17,034 nt of DNA. It comes from Planctomycetota bacterium (GTDB taxonomy: Bacteria > Planctomycetota > SZUA-567 > H5-PLA8). Under the pieces are notes generated by a model, which was not told the origin of the DNA, did no database searches, and was given only the letters and a program-made list of their open reading frames with translations. Of the stretch, positions 8,067 through 17,034 are shown in pieces. The translations under genes and the position numbers were made by a program. Numbering within the stretch: the first letter of the stretch is position 1; each line of letters begins with the position of its first letter. Where the stretch lies: positions 1 to 17,034 of the forward strand of contig BTVV01000132.1 of the NCBI GenBank assembly GCA_045863855.1, written 5' to 3'.

Positions 8067-10586
8067 CTAAGGCAACAGCCACCAGTCCGTTCCGTCGCTG
8101 ATGAATTCGGCGGCTTTGGATTTAGACACTTTCCGGTAGGTCAGCCCATTCACCAATCCGCCGGCGGCTACCACCTTCGCGCTGGTCGCGCCTCCCGGAA
8201 GAATCTGGATCAGGTAGCGTTTACCCGTGTTTCCTGCAGCGACGGGTAGGGTGATCACAGGAACCGTGCGTGCCGGTGCGCGCACCAGAATGATGCCGTC
8301 GTTGAGCGTCAAAGTAGTGTCGCCAACCGCGATCAGGACCGGCGCCGCCGCCACCGCACCAGACGGACCTTGCGGACCCTGCGGACCTTGAGCGCCTTGC
8401 GGTCCGGCCGGTCCCTGCACGCCGGCAGGCCCCTGTGGCCCGGTCGGTCCTTGCGCACCATCTGGCCCTTGAACACCTTGGGGGCCTTGCGGTCCATCCG
8501 CACCCGCCACGCCTTCTGGTCCTTCCGGTCCCTGCGGGCCTTGCACGCCGGCCGGGCCTTGGGGTCCGACAGGCCCCTGTGCGCCAGAGCTCCCGTCTTC
8601 ACCATCTGCGCCTGCAGGGCCTTGCGGACCGGCAGGCCCGGCGGGGCCTTGCGCGCCACTAGGACCTTGGGGGCCTACAGCTTCCACGATATCGAAAGTC
8701 AGACCGGTGGAAACACCTCCTCCAGGCGTTGGATTAAAGGCCGTGATCGTGGCTGTTCCGGGAGTAGCAATGTCGCCCGGCAAGACCTGGCACTCGATTA
8801 CCGTGTTAGAAATCGGAAAGGTCTGGCGGTCCGAGCCATTCCATCGAAGTACTGTAGCGCCGGTTAAGCCTGCCCCAGTAACACGTAACCTGCCCGCGAA
8901 ACCGCCGGCTAATCCTTTGGATGGGCTTAGCACCGTCAACGATGGAACGGCGTATTCCACTGGCAAGCCCATTTGCTCCGTGTAGGTGAAATGGTCGATC
9001 GCCAACGTTCCCACTTTCACCTGAAGCGTACGAGGGTAAAGGTAAATGGATGCAAAGGATTCAGTAATTTGCGCTTCGAGCTGCGTATCCGAAATAAAAG
9101 TCGTAGGAAGCACTTGCCAATCCGCAAAAACCTTGGAAGCCGGCAGGAAGCCCGTACCGGTTATGGTCAGCGTGGCTGGCGTGTTTACATACAATGAGGC
9201 CGGTGTGACTGTCCCCATGGTGGGCGCAGGGTAGATGTTAAGTGTAAGGGCATTTGAAAGTCCTCCGACCGCCACGGAAGTGAAGACCGTGACTTCAGCC
9301 GTACCGGGGGTATTCACCAAGCCATCCGGCACGGTCGCGCGCAGCTTTCCCACGTCCAAGCACACGGTTACCAAGTCGGTCCCATTCCAGCGGACGGTGG
9401 ACAATCCACTGCCGAATAGTCCCGCGCCTTCAACAACTAGATCGCCCCCCAGCCCACCCGCGATGGCAAAGTCGGGCTGCAGACGATCAAGAACCGGAAC
9501 TGGCAAAGTGTCGAAATGATCAATGGTTAGTACGCCGCTGGGATACTGGCTGGAAATGAAAGGGCGGCCGGCGCTATTCAGTGCAATAGAATAAGCGCTG
9601 GTAAAGGAAGATGTAGTAGCTCGACTACCTGGTCCGCCTGCAGGGGGGGAGCCGACGGGGGCCGTTCCACTCCCCGCGACAACGGTCTGTACGTTCAACG
9701 TATCAATTTTTATTACCCTGGACCCAGAATAATTACCTGTTACGCAAAATAGGTTTCCGTCGGAATCAACAGCGATATCGTTGACTTGTCTGTAGTCGTA
9801 GGAGTTCGTAATAGTTGAAATGGTTCCCCCCGATATTTTTCGAAAACCAGGATAGGACTGTTGAGCGACATACAGATCACCGTTGGAATGTACCGCCAAG
9901 CCCACAGGATAGTAGATACTTGCTAGTAGGGGGTCGTTTCCATCGCCTCCGGACGCTGCCGCTCCATTGCCTGCAAAGGTCGAAATAGTGCCGTCCGTAG
10001 CAACTCTCCGTACTCGATGGTTTAACGTGTCTGCAATATAAATATTACCCGCGCCATCCACCGCAACGGCCCTTGGTTGATTCAGTCTCGCCTGTGTGGC
10101 CGGACCGTTGTCACCTGCAAACCCACTCGCGCCGTTGCCCGCAACGGTAGTAATAATCCCCGCGGTATCCACCTTCCGCACTCGATTTCCGGATCGCTCA
10201 GCAAGGAAAAGGTTTCCACTCGAATCCACGGCCACATCATTGACGTCGTTTAGCAGCGCATCCGTGGCCAAGCCGCCGTCTCCGGCAAAACCCGTTGCAC
10301 TGCTTTGACCCGCAACTCGGGACATGACTCCATTCGTGTCTACTTTGAGGACTCGACTTCCTGCTGCGATAAATAGATTTCCCGCACTGTCCACGGCCAA
10401 ACCGTTCGGTTGGATATTGGCATCCTTGGCGGCCCCCCCTTCACCTGGAGAAGCACTCCCACCGCCTGCGTAGAAGACGAGAATATCTTCCCCGGCCTGC
10501 ACAAGTCGCGCATTCCAAACCCCAAGAAGCAAAACGCAAATACACATCCCACGCACATGGTCGATCCGTCGCCATCTACCAAGCAT
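8067..10586 (-). CDS. Secreted NHL-repeat / IPT-TIG / collagen triple-helix protein (about 839 aa)
   Basis: The 855-aa ORF in the track. Preferred start is ATG 10586, preceded by GGGGAG and followed by a signal-peptide-like [27 protein letters not shown] repeats, three IPT-like domains, 36 Gly-X-Y triplets and a short C-terminal domain follow. Confidence 0.9.
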   Translation of the reverse strand: MLGRWRRIDHVRGMCICVLLLGVWNARLVQAGEDILVFYAGGGSASPGEGGAAKDANIQPNGLAVDSAGNLFIAAGSRVLKVDTNGVMSRVAGQSSATGFAGDGGLATDALLNDVNDVAVDSSGNLFLAERSGNRVRKVDTAGIITTVAGNGASGFAGDNGPATQARLNQPRAVAVDGAGNIYIADTLNHRVRRVATDGTISTFAGNGAAASGGDGNDPLLASIYYPVGLAVHSNGDLYVAQQSYPGFRKISGGTISTITNSYDYRQVNDIAVDSDGNLFCVTGNYSGSRVIKIDTLNVQTVVAGSGTAPVGSPPAGGPGSRATTSSFTSAYSIALNSAGRPFISSQYPSGVLTIDHFDTLPVPVLDRLQPDFAIAGGLGGDLVVEGAGLFGSGLSTVRWNGTDLVTVCLDVGKLRATVPDGLVNTPGTAEVTVFTSVAVGGLSNALTLNIYPAPTMGTVTPASLYVNTPATLTITGTGFLPASKVFADWQVLPTTFISDTQLEAQITESFASIYLYPRTLQVKVGTLAIDHFTYTEQMGLPVEYAVPSLTVLSPSKGLAGGFAGRLRVTGAGLTGATVLRWNGSDRQTFPISNTVIECQVLPGDIATPGTATITAFNPTPGGGVSTGLTFDIVEAVGPQGPSGAQGPAGPAGPQGPAGADGEDGSSGAQGPVGPQGPAGVQGPQGPEGPEGVAGADGPQGPQGVQGPDGAQGPTGPQGPAGVQGPAGPQGAQGPQGPQGPSGAVAAAPVLIAVGDTTLTLNDGIILVRAPARTVPVITLPVAAGNTGKRYLIQILPGGATSAKVVAAGGLVNGLTYRKVSKSKAAEFISDGTDWWLLP
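8352..8675 (-). repeat. Collagen triple-helix repeat, 36 uninterrupted Gly-X-Y triplets
   Basis: [18 protein letters not shown]...[12 protein letters not shown], counted by hand. Confidence 0.95.
8685..9500 (-). repeat. Three IPT/TIG-like domains
   Basis: [81 protein letters not shown]. Confidence 0.85.
9520..10490 (-). repeat. NHL-repeat beta-propeller
   Basis: [47 protein letters not shown] and related copies. Confidence 0.9.
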
Positions 10587-10633
10587 GCTCGGTCTCCCCA
10601 TTTTCCGATGAAAATCCCAATGCATTCGAACCA

Positions 10634-13600
10634 CTACTTCTTGTACTGCGTCTTACTGAGCCGAAGGAGCGCTTGCGTACCGGTACGCAAACCATCCACT
10701 TCAAGCTCGATGGGCAGCAGGATTGTTGCTGGCGCAGACGTGGAGGCCAATGGCGTTCCGAATACGCCTGCCGGCATCCAATGGCTCGCGGCCGTGATCG
10801 TCCACTTAGACTTGAAGAAGGTCATCGTCTGAATACCGGTCAGGGCCACCGGCAGACTACCCACTTTAGTGGGCCTCTTGTAGGTAAATTGCGTGAGGGT
10901 GGCGTTGGCCACAAATCCAGGAAGCGTCGGCTGATCGCCGGCATCCTCGCTGAAGGCACCCACGGTCAGCAGCGCGCCATCATTGCGGGGATCGAAATCC
11001 GCTCCACCCTGGGGCTTGAAATACATGGTCAGCATAATGCGTTCCTGCAATCCGCCGGAATTGCGTTGCGTGATGGACGCCTTCTCGACGAAGAAGATCC
11101 CATCCGGAAGATCGTTCAACACCGAGCCCCATTTGAAGTTGCCGGCGCCCGCCGCGGTGGCGCTTGCACGCGTGTAGTCCGTCTCCAGGGTGACCGCCGA
11201 TTCGAAGGCTCCCAAGCGAATCGAGACTAAAATGGGCTGCGGGGCCTTTACCTGAGGAACCGCCGCGAAGGGCGCTCCCAATGCGGCCTGCAAGTTAGCG
11301 GCCGAGATCGTGAACGTGAGGATTCCCGTGCTCCGATTCAACGCCGCCTTGAACTTGGGCGTGGCTCCCGTGGCGCTCTGCCAAACGATCTGGGTCGTGG
11401 TGATCGAAGTCGCGGCCAGCGGTGCGGCCGGCAGGATTGCGCTTCCGAACGCAAGTTGCACCGTCTCGACGCCCAGGTTGTTCGGATTCAAACCCGCCGC
11501 TGCCAGCGCCGCGAACTCCAGCTTGGCCTGCAAATTGAGCGTATCGAGATTTAATCCCTTCGGGAAATCCAACTTGTACTTCCCGCTGATCGGCCGCCAG
11601 CCGGCGTCCCCAGTGAACGCGGATACCAAAGGCGCCTCGGCTTCGTCGTCCTCGCTCTCACCTATCCCGTTTCCGGGTGTCGAGTCAAGATCCGTCTCGT
11701 TGGCGGCGCTGATCTCGGCGGAGTTGACGATTTCGCCGGAAGCGGTCACGGTGGCCGTGATCAAGAGGGTTATCGACGTGCCGGCGTTTACGGTCCCCAC
11801 CGTCCATACGCCCGTGCCGGACACGTAGGCGGCTACGCCATCGTCGCTCAGGTAGGTCAGCCCCGACGGAAGCAGGTCGGTCACCTCGACGCCGCTGGCG
11901 TTGGAAGGCCCGGCGTTGGTGACCGTAAGCGTAAAGGCGACGGTCTCTCCTACTTTAGCGTCGGAAAGGTCGGCGACCTTGGTGAGCGAAAGGTCAATCC
12001 GCCGTTGAATGGCCGTGCTTTCCGTATCTGAGTCGTCTCCCGTCTCGACGAGCGTCTCGTTCGCGGCGAGGTCCATGGCCGCACACGTGACGGAAGCACC
12101 GTGCGCCGCCGACGCGCCGGCGGTGAGCGTAAAGGTCAAAGTCGCGCTGCTTCCCGAGGCCAAACTGCCCACGCTCCAAGCATCGTCGGCGGTTCCTCCG
12201 TGCGTCCCTACGCTTGGGCTGGTCGAATCGAGAGTCACGCCGGAGGGCAGGGTTAGGTCCGTGCCGAGTTGTACGCCGGTGGCGTTGGACGGCCCGTTAT
12301 TGGTGAGCGTGACGGTATATACGAGGTTCCCCGCGCCGCTGCCGGCGGTGACCGGATCGGCGCTCTCAGAAACAGTCACTTTCAGGTCCGTTTCACGCGT
12401 AACGCTGGTGCTCTCGGTGTCCGAGTCGTTCGCGGCGGACGTATCGGTCTCGTTCACGGATTCCACTTCGGCCTGAAGCGAGATGGCATCGGCGGCGGCC
12501 GCGGCGCTGGCGCCGGCGAAGAGTACGATCGTCAGGGTCTTATCGGTTCCGGCGGCCAGCGTGCCCAGCGTCCAATCGCCGTCCGGTGAGCCGCCGTAGG
12601 TTCCTTGTTCGGCCAGCGCCTGCTTGAAGGTCACGCCGCTGGGCAGGGTGAGATCCGTGGCGATGACGATGCCGCCGGCATCGGACGGCCCGAGGTTCTC
12701 CACGCTGATCTGATAGACGAGGTTCGCGGGAAAGTTCGAGCCGGCCACGACGGGGTCGGTGAAGTCCACGACGGTGACTTTGAGGTCCACCTCACGGTAC
12801 ACGGTCGTGCTTTCGCTGTCGGAGTCGTTGGCCGTAACCGGATCGTCCTCGTCCACCGCGGTGACGGCCGGCGCGCAGACGATCACGGCCCCGTGCGCGG
12901 TGCTCGCCCCCACCGCCACGGTAACCTTGAGCGTCTCGTCCTCGCCGGGGGCGAGGGACGCGAGCGTCCAGGTGTTCGAGTCGGCATCGGAGGTCACGTC
13001 GCCGGCCGAGGGGTTGACGAAGAAGATCGAGGTTCCGCTGGGAAGCGTGAGCGTGTTTTCCAGTTCGATGTTCGTCGCCGCGACGTTGCCGGCGTTGGCA
13101 AGCGTGATCGTGTAGACGACCGTGTTGGTTCCGGCCTGGGCCGGATCTTCGCTTTCGGCCACGGTGACTTGAAGATCGGTGTACTGCGGCGTGACCGTGG
13201 CGGAGTCGTAGTCGTCGCCCGCGCCGTCGTCCGGGGTGCTGTCCAGATCGGCCTCGCCGGCCGCGGTGACCTCGGCGTGGTTGGTGATCGAGTTTGACGA
13301 ATTCGCCTGCGCGGTGATCTGAAGCGTGGCGCTGGCACCCTTCAAAAGTGCACCCACCGTCCAGACGCCGTTGACTTCGTCGTACGCGCCTGCCCCGTCG
13401 TCGCTCAGGTAGGCCAAACCAGCCGGAAGCAGGTCCGTCACTTCAACGCCCGTGACGTGATCTTGTCCGGCGTTGGTAAGCGTGAGCGTGAAGACAACCT
13501 CTCCGCCCAAGAGCGGCGTAGCGTCGTCCACGGTCTTGGACAGTTCCAGGTCAGGTTTCCGGTCGAGCACCGTGATCGTGAATGGCTGCTCCACGACCTG

Positions 13601-16600
13601 CCCGGAGGCGTCTGCTACGCGCAGGCGGATCGAATAACTGTTCTTGGTCTCGTAATCGAACTCGGCCCCTGTTTTGAGGTCGTTACCGGCCACTGTAAAG
13701 GAGCCGTTGTCCGTATCTCCGGTTCCGGATACGAGCGTGAAGGCATACGTATCGTCGCTTCCATCCTCATCGAGCGCGCTGAGCGCGCCCACGACCGTGC
13801 CCGCGGCGAGCGCTTCGGCGACTTCGCTGGAGGAAAGCTCGATTCCGGTTGGCGCGACGTTTACTTTCGCCAGGATGCGGTTGGCTTCGTAATGGAAAGT
13901 AAGCGCCTTGTTCGAGGGCAGCCCCAGCGCCTGCATGGTCAAAAAGGCCCCGCTGCGAGAACCGAAGGTCACCAGCTCCAGTTCCAGGCCGGCGGGCGGG
14001 TCGTAAGAGCCAAACGAGACGATCAATGCGCCGTCGAGCGTGGCCGCGTCGGCGACCTGCAGCTTCCCATGCGCGCCATCGGCGACGTGCAGCGTAAGCG
14101 CCCCCCCGCCAGACTGCCCGTAGTCGCCGGTCAGCGCCAGCTTTCGTCCGGCCGGAATGCTTAGCGCATCGCCCAAGGTCAAGTCGTTGGCTTTCGGATC
14201 GAAGTCCACCGTGACCACCGGATCGGCCACGCCTCGCGCGATGGTCACGTCGTAGCGCGCATCGCCCCACTGATGCGGAACCTGTTGCGGGTTCCACTTC
14301 ACCGTTTCGCTCCAAGAGCCGCTCAGGTCGGTATTCCAAACGAAGGCGTGACTCGTGGCCGGCGTGCCGGCCTTGATCCGGTAAAGCCCGCCTTCGAGGT
14401 AGTCGTGAGGGTGCTTCCCGCCGCTGTTGTAGCGTTTGTAATCCGAAACCAGCAACTGGCCGAAGGGGTCCACGATCACGTCGAGCGGACAGTTGAAGCC
14501 CTTCGCCAAGCGCTGCACTTGCCCGGTCAAGGGATCGGCCATGACCACGTCGCCGTAGCGCAGGGCCTGGAAACCGGTTAAGGCATCGCGCGTGAGGCCG
14601 CTCTCCCAAGGTGCGCCAAAACGCGAGATGAAGGCCTTCTTGTGGTAGCTCAAGGGGAACGCGTTCCCGGTGTAGAACGCGAATCCGTCGGGCGAGCTGT
14701 GCGGGCCCAGCCCGTTGGGGCTCGCCGGATCGTGACGCAGGACCGCCGGACCGTAGTTATGGTGCGTCACCGAGAAGACGCGGTTGCCCGGCAGGAAGAA
14801 GCCCGCGTCGTTGGCGACGGGGGAGTTTCGCCACAAGAGATTCGGCCGCCCGTAGTCGGCGAAGGGCGTGGCCCGGAAGAGTTCGTCCCAGTGGTCGTCG
14901 GTGAAGTCGTTGTCGAAGCTGTCGTAAGGCAGCGGGCCGGTGTTGTTGTTGGTCATCCAGAGCTGCCCGTCGCCGTCGAAGGCCAGCCCGAAAGGATTTC
15001 GCGCCCCGGACGAATGCACGCGGAACTTGTCGCTCGCCACCGACGTGAAGGGCAGACCGCTCTGGATCTCAGCCGTCGAGAAGCCTCCCGCGTTGTCAAC
15101 ATCGGGCACGGCGGTCAGATCGAGCAGCCGGCTCACCGTGCCGCCGTAAGGCTCCTCGTTGTCGCCTTCAAGCCCAGTCGGCCCGCCGAACTCGTCGGAG
15201 CGCAGCCCGATTCCCGCGAACAGCGAATCGCCGATGATCGCGAGCTGGTCCACGTGGTGGTAGTCGATGGGAATGTTCTGCACGAGCGCCACGCGCGTTT
15301 CGCCGCTCTCGCCAAAGACGCCGTTGGAGCCCTCGTCGCGCAGCCGCCAAATCGTGCCTACTTTGGCGCCGGTATCGTTGCTGCTTACATACAGCGTCGA
15401 ACCGTGGAAGGCCAAACCCAGCACCAGTTGTGTCCCGAAGCTCGCCACTTCCCGCTTGTCGCTCAGCGCGCCCGAGGCACTGTACTGGAAGCTATAGACC
15501 TTGCCCGAGGTCTCCGTCACGTACAGCCGCCCGTCGGGACCGAAGGCCATCTGCGATACCTGGTGGATGAAGTTCGAAGCCAGGGTGCTCGTCTCGCTGA
15601 TTCGTTCGATCTGCAAGTCCGCCGCGAAGTCGGCGCAGATCGAGGGCGCCCCGCGGCGCAGCAGGAGGCTGTAGTGGTTGCCCGCCATAGCTTGGCTGGC
15701 GGCGATCTTGATCAAGTAGGTTCCCGTCGTGGCGGCCGTCCACGTGCGGCCCTTGATGCGCATGCTCTCGCCGAACTCCTGGTCGGCCTGACTGACCGCC
15801 GTGCCCGTCACCGATGCCATGGCCGGGTCGAAAACCTCGACTGTCATTACGGTCAGTTCACTGCCCGATAAGGTTCCGTTGGCGTTCAGCGAGCCCCACG
15901 TGGCCGAATTCGGCACGCCGTCCTGGATGCGGTAGAAGACCTTGGCCACGAGCGCTTCACCGGCCGTGGCGTCCACCGCGTACCAATCCTCCGTGCCCGG
16001 CTGGAGGTAGAGGTTCGGATGCGCATCGGGTTCGAGAGCCGCCGCCGCGCCGGAGGTGTCGTTGGGTTCGTAGCGGTCGTCCACGACGACCGTCACTTCG
16101 GCCTGACCGCTCAAGGGATCTTCGCCGCCCGGCCCGTCGGGGTCGGCGCTCGCGGTCAGCCGGAAGGTGTATGAGAGGGCCTTATCCACGCGCACGCTCG
16201 TATCAGCCGCGTCCTCGGGCGTGAACGCGACGACCCCGTGCCCGGCCGTCTTCGTCCACTGGTACGTCAGCCCCGAGCCGCCGTAGGTGACGGTCGCGTC
16301 GAGTGCCACGTCCAATTCGCCCAGCTTCCCGGCAGTCTGCACGGGTACGGTCACGATGGATACGGACGGCGGCTGGACGAAGCCGAAGTCCACGGTCAGG
16401 TTGCCGTTCGTTCCGTCGCCGTCCGCGGGCGTATCCGGTTCGCTGCCTGCCGCCAGTGTTACGGCTTGGCAGGCCACACCCAACCCGGCGACGGTGGAGC
16501 CGTTGTCGTCGCCGTTGATGTCGTCGTCCGGATCGGGCGCGACGCCGTTCCCCGTGCTGGAAACGTACCCTTCCAGCGGGCCGCCCGAGGCGAAATTGGA

Positions 16601-17034
16601 CGGCGCGATTTGGACGAGATACTCGCCGTCGGGCAAATCGGCGAAGCTGTATGTTCCGCCCCCGGCCGTCGTGATCGTCTCGGTGAAGGTATCGCCCGCG
16701 TCGAGGCTCCCCGCCGTCGTGCCGTCGTCCGTATAGAGGTTGACCACCACGCCATCCACGCCGGTTTCACCATCGCCGAGTTCGTAGACGCCGTTGTTGT
16801 TTAGATCGCGGAAGACCAGGTCGCCGAGGGTATGGCCTGTCGAGATCGTGATGACGTAGGCGCTGCCTTGATCCAGCCCGGCGACGTCATCGTCCCCGGA
16901 CGCCCCCACGAGCGCCGTATCCCCAGAGAGCGCGACCGACCAGCCGAATTGATCGCCCGCCGCCGCGTCCGAGGCAGTGAGCTTCGCCTCCTGGCTCCAG
17001 ACCCCGGCATTGCGTACGAAAACGTACGCAGAGC
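10634..17034 (-). CDS. Giant multidomain surface protein, 5'-partial (>=2132 aa): FG-GAP, SdrD-B-like, PKD/Ig, PPC-like, glucose/sorbosone-dehydrogenase-like propeller, passenger-like segment, cadherin-like, 5x DUF11, basic C-terminal domain
   Basis: The 2091-aa ORF in the track. The frame stays open upstream of 16909 to the window edge ([44 protein letters not shown]), so the true start lies outside the window. Stop is TAG at 10636-10634. Confidence 0.95.
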   Translation of the reverse strand, partial: SAYVFVRNAGVWSQEAKLTASDAAAGDQFGWSVALSGDTALVGASGDDDVAGLDQGSAYVITISTGHTLGDLVFRDLNNNGVYELGDGETGVDGVVVNLYTDDGTTAGSLDAGDTFTETITTAGGGTYSFADLPDGEYLVQIAPSNFASGGPLEGYVSSTGNGVAPDPDDDINGDDNGSTVAGLGVACQAVTLAAGSEPDTPADGDGTNGNLTVDFGFVQPPSVSIVTVPVQTAGKLGELDVALDATVTYGGSGLTYQWTKTAGHGVVAFTPEDAADTSVRVDKALSYTFRLTASADPDGPGGEDPLSGQAEVTVVVDDRYEPNDTSGAAAALEPDAHPNLYLQPGTEDWYAVDATAGEALVAKVFYRIQDGVPNSATWGSLNANGTLSGSELTVMTVEVFDPAMASVTGTAVSQADQEFGESMRIKGRTWTAATTGTYLIKIAASQAMAGNHYSLLLRRGAPSICADFAADLQIERISETSTLASNFIHQVSQMAFGPDGRLYVTETSGKVYSFQYSASGALSDKREVASFGTQLVLGLAFHGSTLYVSSNDTGAKVGTIWRLRDEGSNGVFGESGETRVALVQNIPIDYHHVDQLAIIGDSLFAGIGLRSDEFGGPTGLEGDNEEPYGGTVSRLLDLTAVPDVDNAGGFSTAEIQSGLPFTSVASDKFRVHSSGARNPFGLAFDGDGQLWMTNNNTGPLPYDSFDNDFTDDHWDELFRATPFADYGRPNLLWRNSPVANDAGFFLPGNRVFSVTHHNYGPAVLRHDPASPNGLGPHSSPDGFAFYTGNAFPLSYHKKAFISRFGAPWESGLTRDALTGFQALRYGDVVMADPLTGQVQRLAKGFNCPLDVIVDPFGQLLVSDYKRYNSGGKHPHDYLEGGLYRIKAGTPATSHAFVWNTDLSGSWSETVKWNPQQVPHQWGDARYDVTIARGVADPVVTVDFDPKANDLTLGDALSIPAGRKLALTGDYGQSGGGALTLHVADGAHGKLQVADAATLDGALIVSFGSYDPPAGLELELVTFGSRSGAFLTMQALGLPSNKALTFHYEANRILAKVNVAPTGIELSSSEVAEALAAGTVVGALSALDEDGSDDTYAFTLVSGTGDTDNGSFTVAGNDLKTGAEFDYETKNSYSIRLRVADASGQVVEQPFTITVLDRKPDLELSKTVDDATPLLGGEVVFTLTLTNAGQDHVTGVEVTDLLPAGLAYLSDDGAGAYDEVNGVWTVGALLKGASATLQITAQANSSNSITNHAEVTAAGEADLDSTPDDGAGDDYDSATVTPQYTDLQVTVAESEDPAQAGTNTVVYTITLANAGNVAATNIELENTLTLPSGTSIFFVNPSAGDVTSDADSNTWTLASLAPGEDETLKVTVAVGASTAHGAVIVCAPAVTAVDEDDPVTANDSDSESTTVYREVDLKVTVVDFTDPVVAGSNFPANLVYQISVENLGPSDAGGIVIATDLTLPSGVTFKQALAEQGTYGGSPDGDWTLGTLAAGTDKTLTIVLFAGASAAAAADAISLQAEVESVNETDTSAANDSDTESTSVTRETDLKVTVSESADPVTAGSGAGNLVYTVTLTNNGPSNATGVQLGTDLTLPSGVTLDSTSPSVGTHGGTADDAWSVGSLASGSSATLTFTLTAGASAAHGASVTCAAMDLAANETLVETGDDSDTESTAIQRRIDLSLTKVADLSDAKVGETVAFTLTVTNAGPSNASGVEVTDLLPSGLTYLSDDGVAAYVSGTGVWTVGTVNAGTSITLLITATVTASGEIVNSAEISAANETDLDSTPGNGIGESEDDEAEAPLVSAFTGDAGWRPISGKYKLDFPKGLNLDTLNLQAKLEFAALAAAGLNPNNLGVETVQLAFGSAILPAAPLAATSITTTQIVWQSATGATPKFKAALNRSTGILTFTISAANLQAALGAPFAAVPQVKAPQPILVSIRLGAFESAVTLETDYTRASATAAGAGNFKWGSVLNDLPDGIFFVEKASITQRNSGGLQERIMLTMYFKPQGGADFDPRNDGALLTVGAFSEDAGDQPTLPGFVANATLTQFTYKRPTKVGSLPVALTGIQTMTFFKSKWTITAASHWMPAGVFGTPLASTSAPATILLPIELEVDGLRTGTQALLRLSKTQYKK
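11635..13557 (-). repeat. Five tandem DUF11 Ig-like repeats
   Basis: Starts [42 protein letters not shown], each followed by (F/Y)T.T.TN.G-like motifs and a WT(V/L)G.L-like motif. Confidence 0.9.
13565..13860 (-). other. Cadherin-like domain
   Basis: [59 protein letters not shown]. Confidence 0.85.
14370..15620 (-). other. Glucose/sorbosone dehydrogenase-like (PQQ-type) six-bladed beta-propeller
   Basis: [68 protein letters not shown]. Confidence 0.8.
15655..16082 (-). other. PPC-like (pre-peptidase C-terminal) domain
   Basis: [42 protein letters not shown]. Confidence 0.6.
16375..16835 (-). other. SdrD B-like domain
   Basis: [55 protein letters not shown]. Confidence 0.85.
16850..17034 (-). 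repeat. FG-GAP repeat (end of an integrin-like propeller)
   Basis: [32 protein letters not shown]...GSAYV. Confidence 0.9.

Noticed and set aside
8352..8675. Periodic DNA repeats that might suggest a CRISPR array or VNTR
   Set aside because: The 9-bp periodicity is explained by collagen Gly-X-Y codons, and there are no identical repeats with unique spacers.
8067..8675. Prophage tail-fibre gene
   Set aside because: The protein has a signal-peptide-like N-terminus, and no phage structural, integrase or lysis genes are nearby.
10587..10634. GTG start at 10634 overlapping the upstream stop
   Set aside because: ATG 10586 has a clear GGGGAG site and gives a better signal peptide. The longer start cannot be fully excluded.
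6..16804. Many plus-strand ORFs up to 409 aa (e.g. 1440..2351, 14642..15871, 13457..14164)
   Set aside because: They lie antisense to long, motif-rich minus-strand genes in GC-rich DNA, are Arg/Gly-biased or mirror the repeats, and show no recognisable motifs. They are treated as shadow ORFs.
16907..16909. Track start codon of the 2091-aa ORF
   Set aside because: This GTG sits in the middle of an FG-GAP repeat, and the frame is open to the window edge.

Overview
GC-rich bacterial window, inferred to be PVC-superphylum-like (probably Planctomycetota), with five co-oriented minus-strand genes that look like one surface-protein operon. In transcription order: (1) a giant multidomain protein of at least 2132 aa, cut off by the window end (FG-GAP, SdrD-B-like, PKD/Ig, PPC-like, glucose/sorbosone-dehydrogenase-like propeller, passenger-like beta segment, cadherin-like, 5x DUF11, basic C-terminal domain); (2) an NHL-propeller + 3x IPT/TIG + collagen protein with a fibre-type C-terminal domain; (3) a membrane-anchored rhodanese-domain protein; (4) a translationally coupled MauE/DoxX membrane protein; (5) a second giant of at least 2252 aa (6758 to <1) that the ORF track omits because it runs off the window. 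Gene 5 carries a 36-Cys CTDC/TSP3 region, 4 PKD domains, two beta-propellers and Ig/MBG repeats. The most interesting signal is the rhodanese (CxxxxC) + MauE (CGC) pair directly upstream of the Cys-rich secreted protein, sharing a lower-GC block with its Cys-rich N-terminal part. This suggests a dedicated disulfide/redox maturation cassette for a giant adhesin. Domain calls come from reading motifs by eye, not from database searches. No RNA genes, CRISPR arrays or mobile elements were seen.
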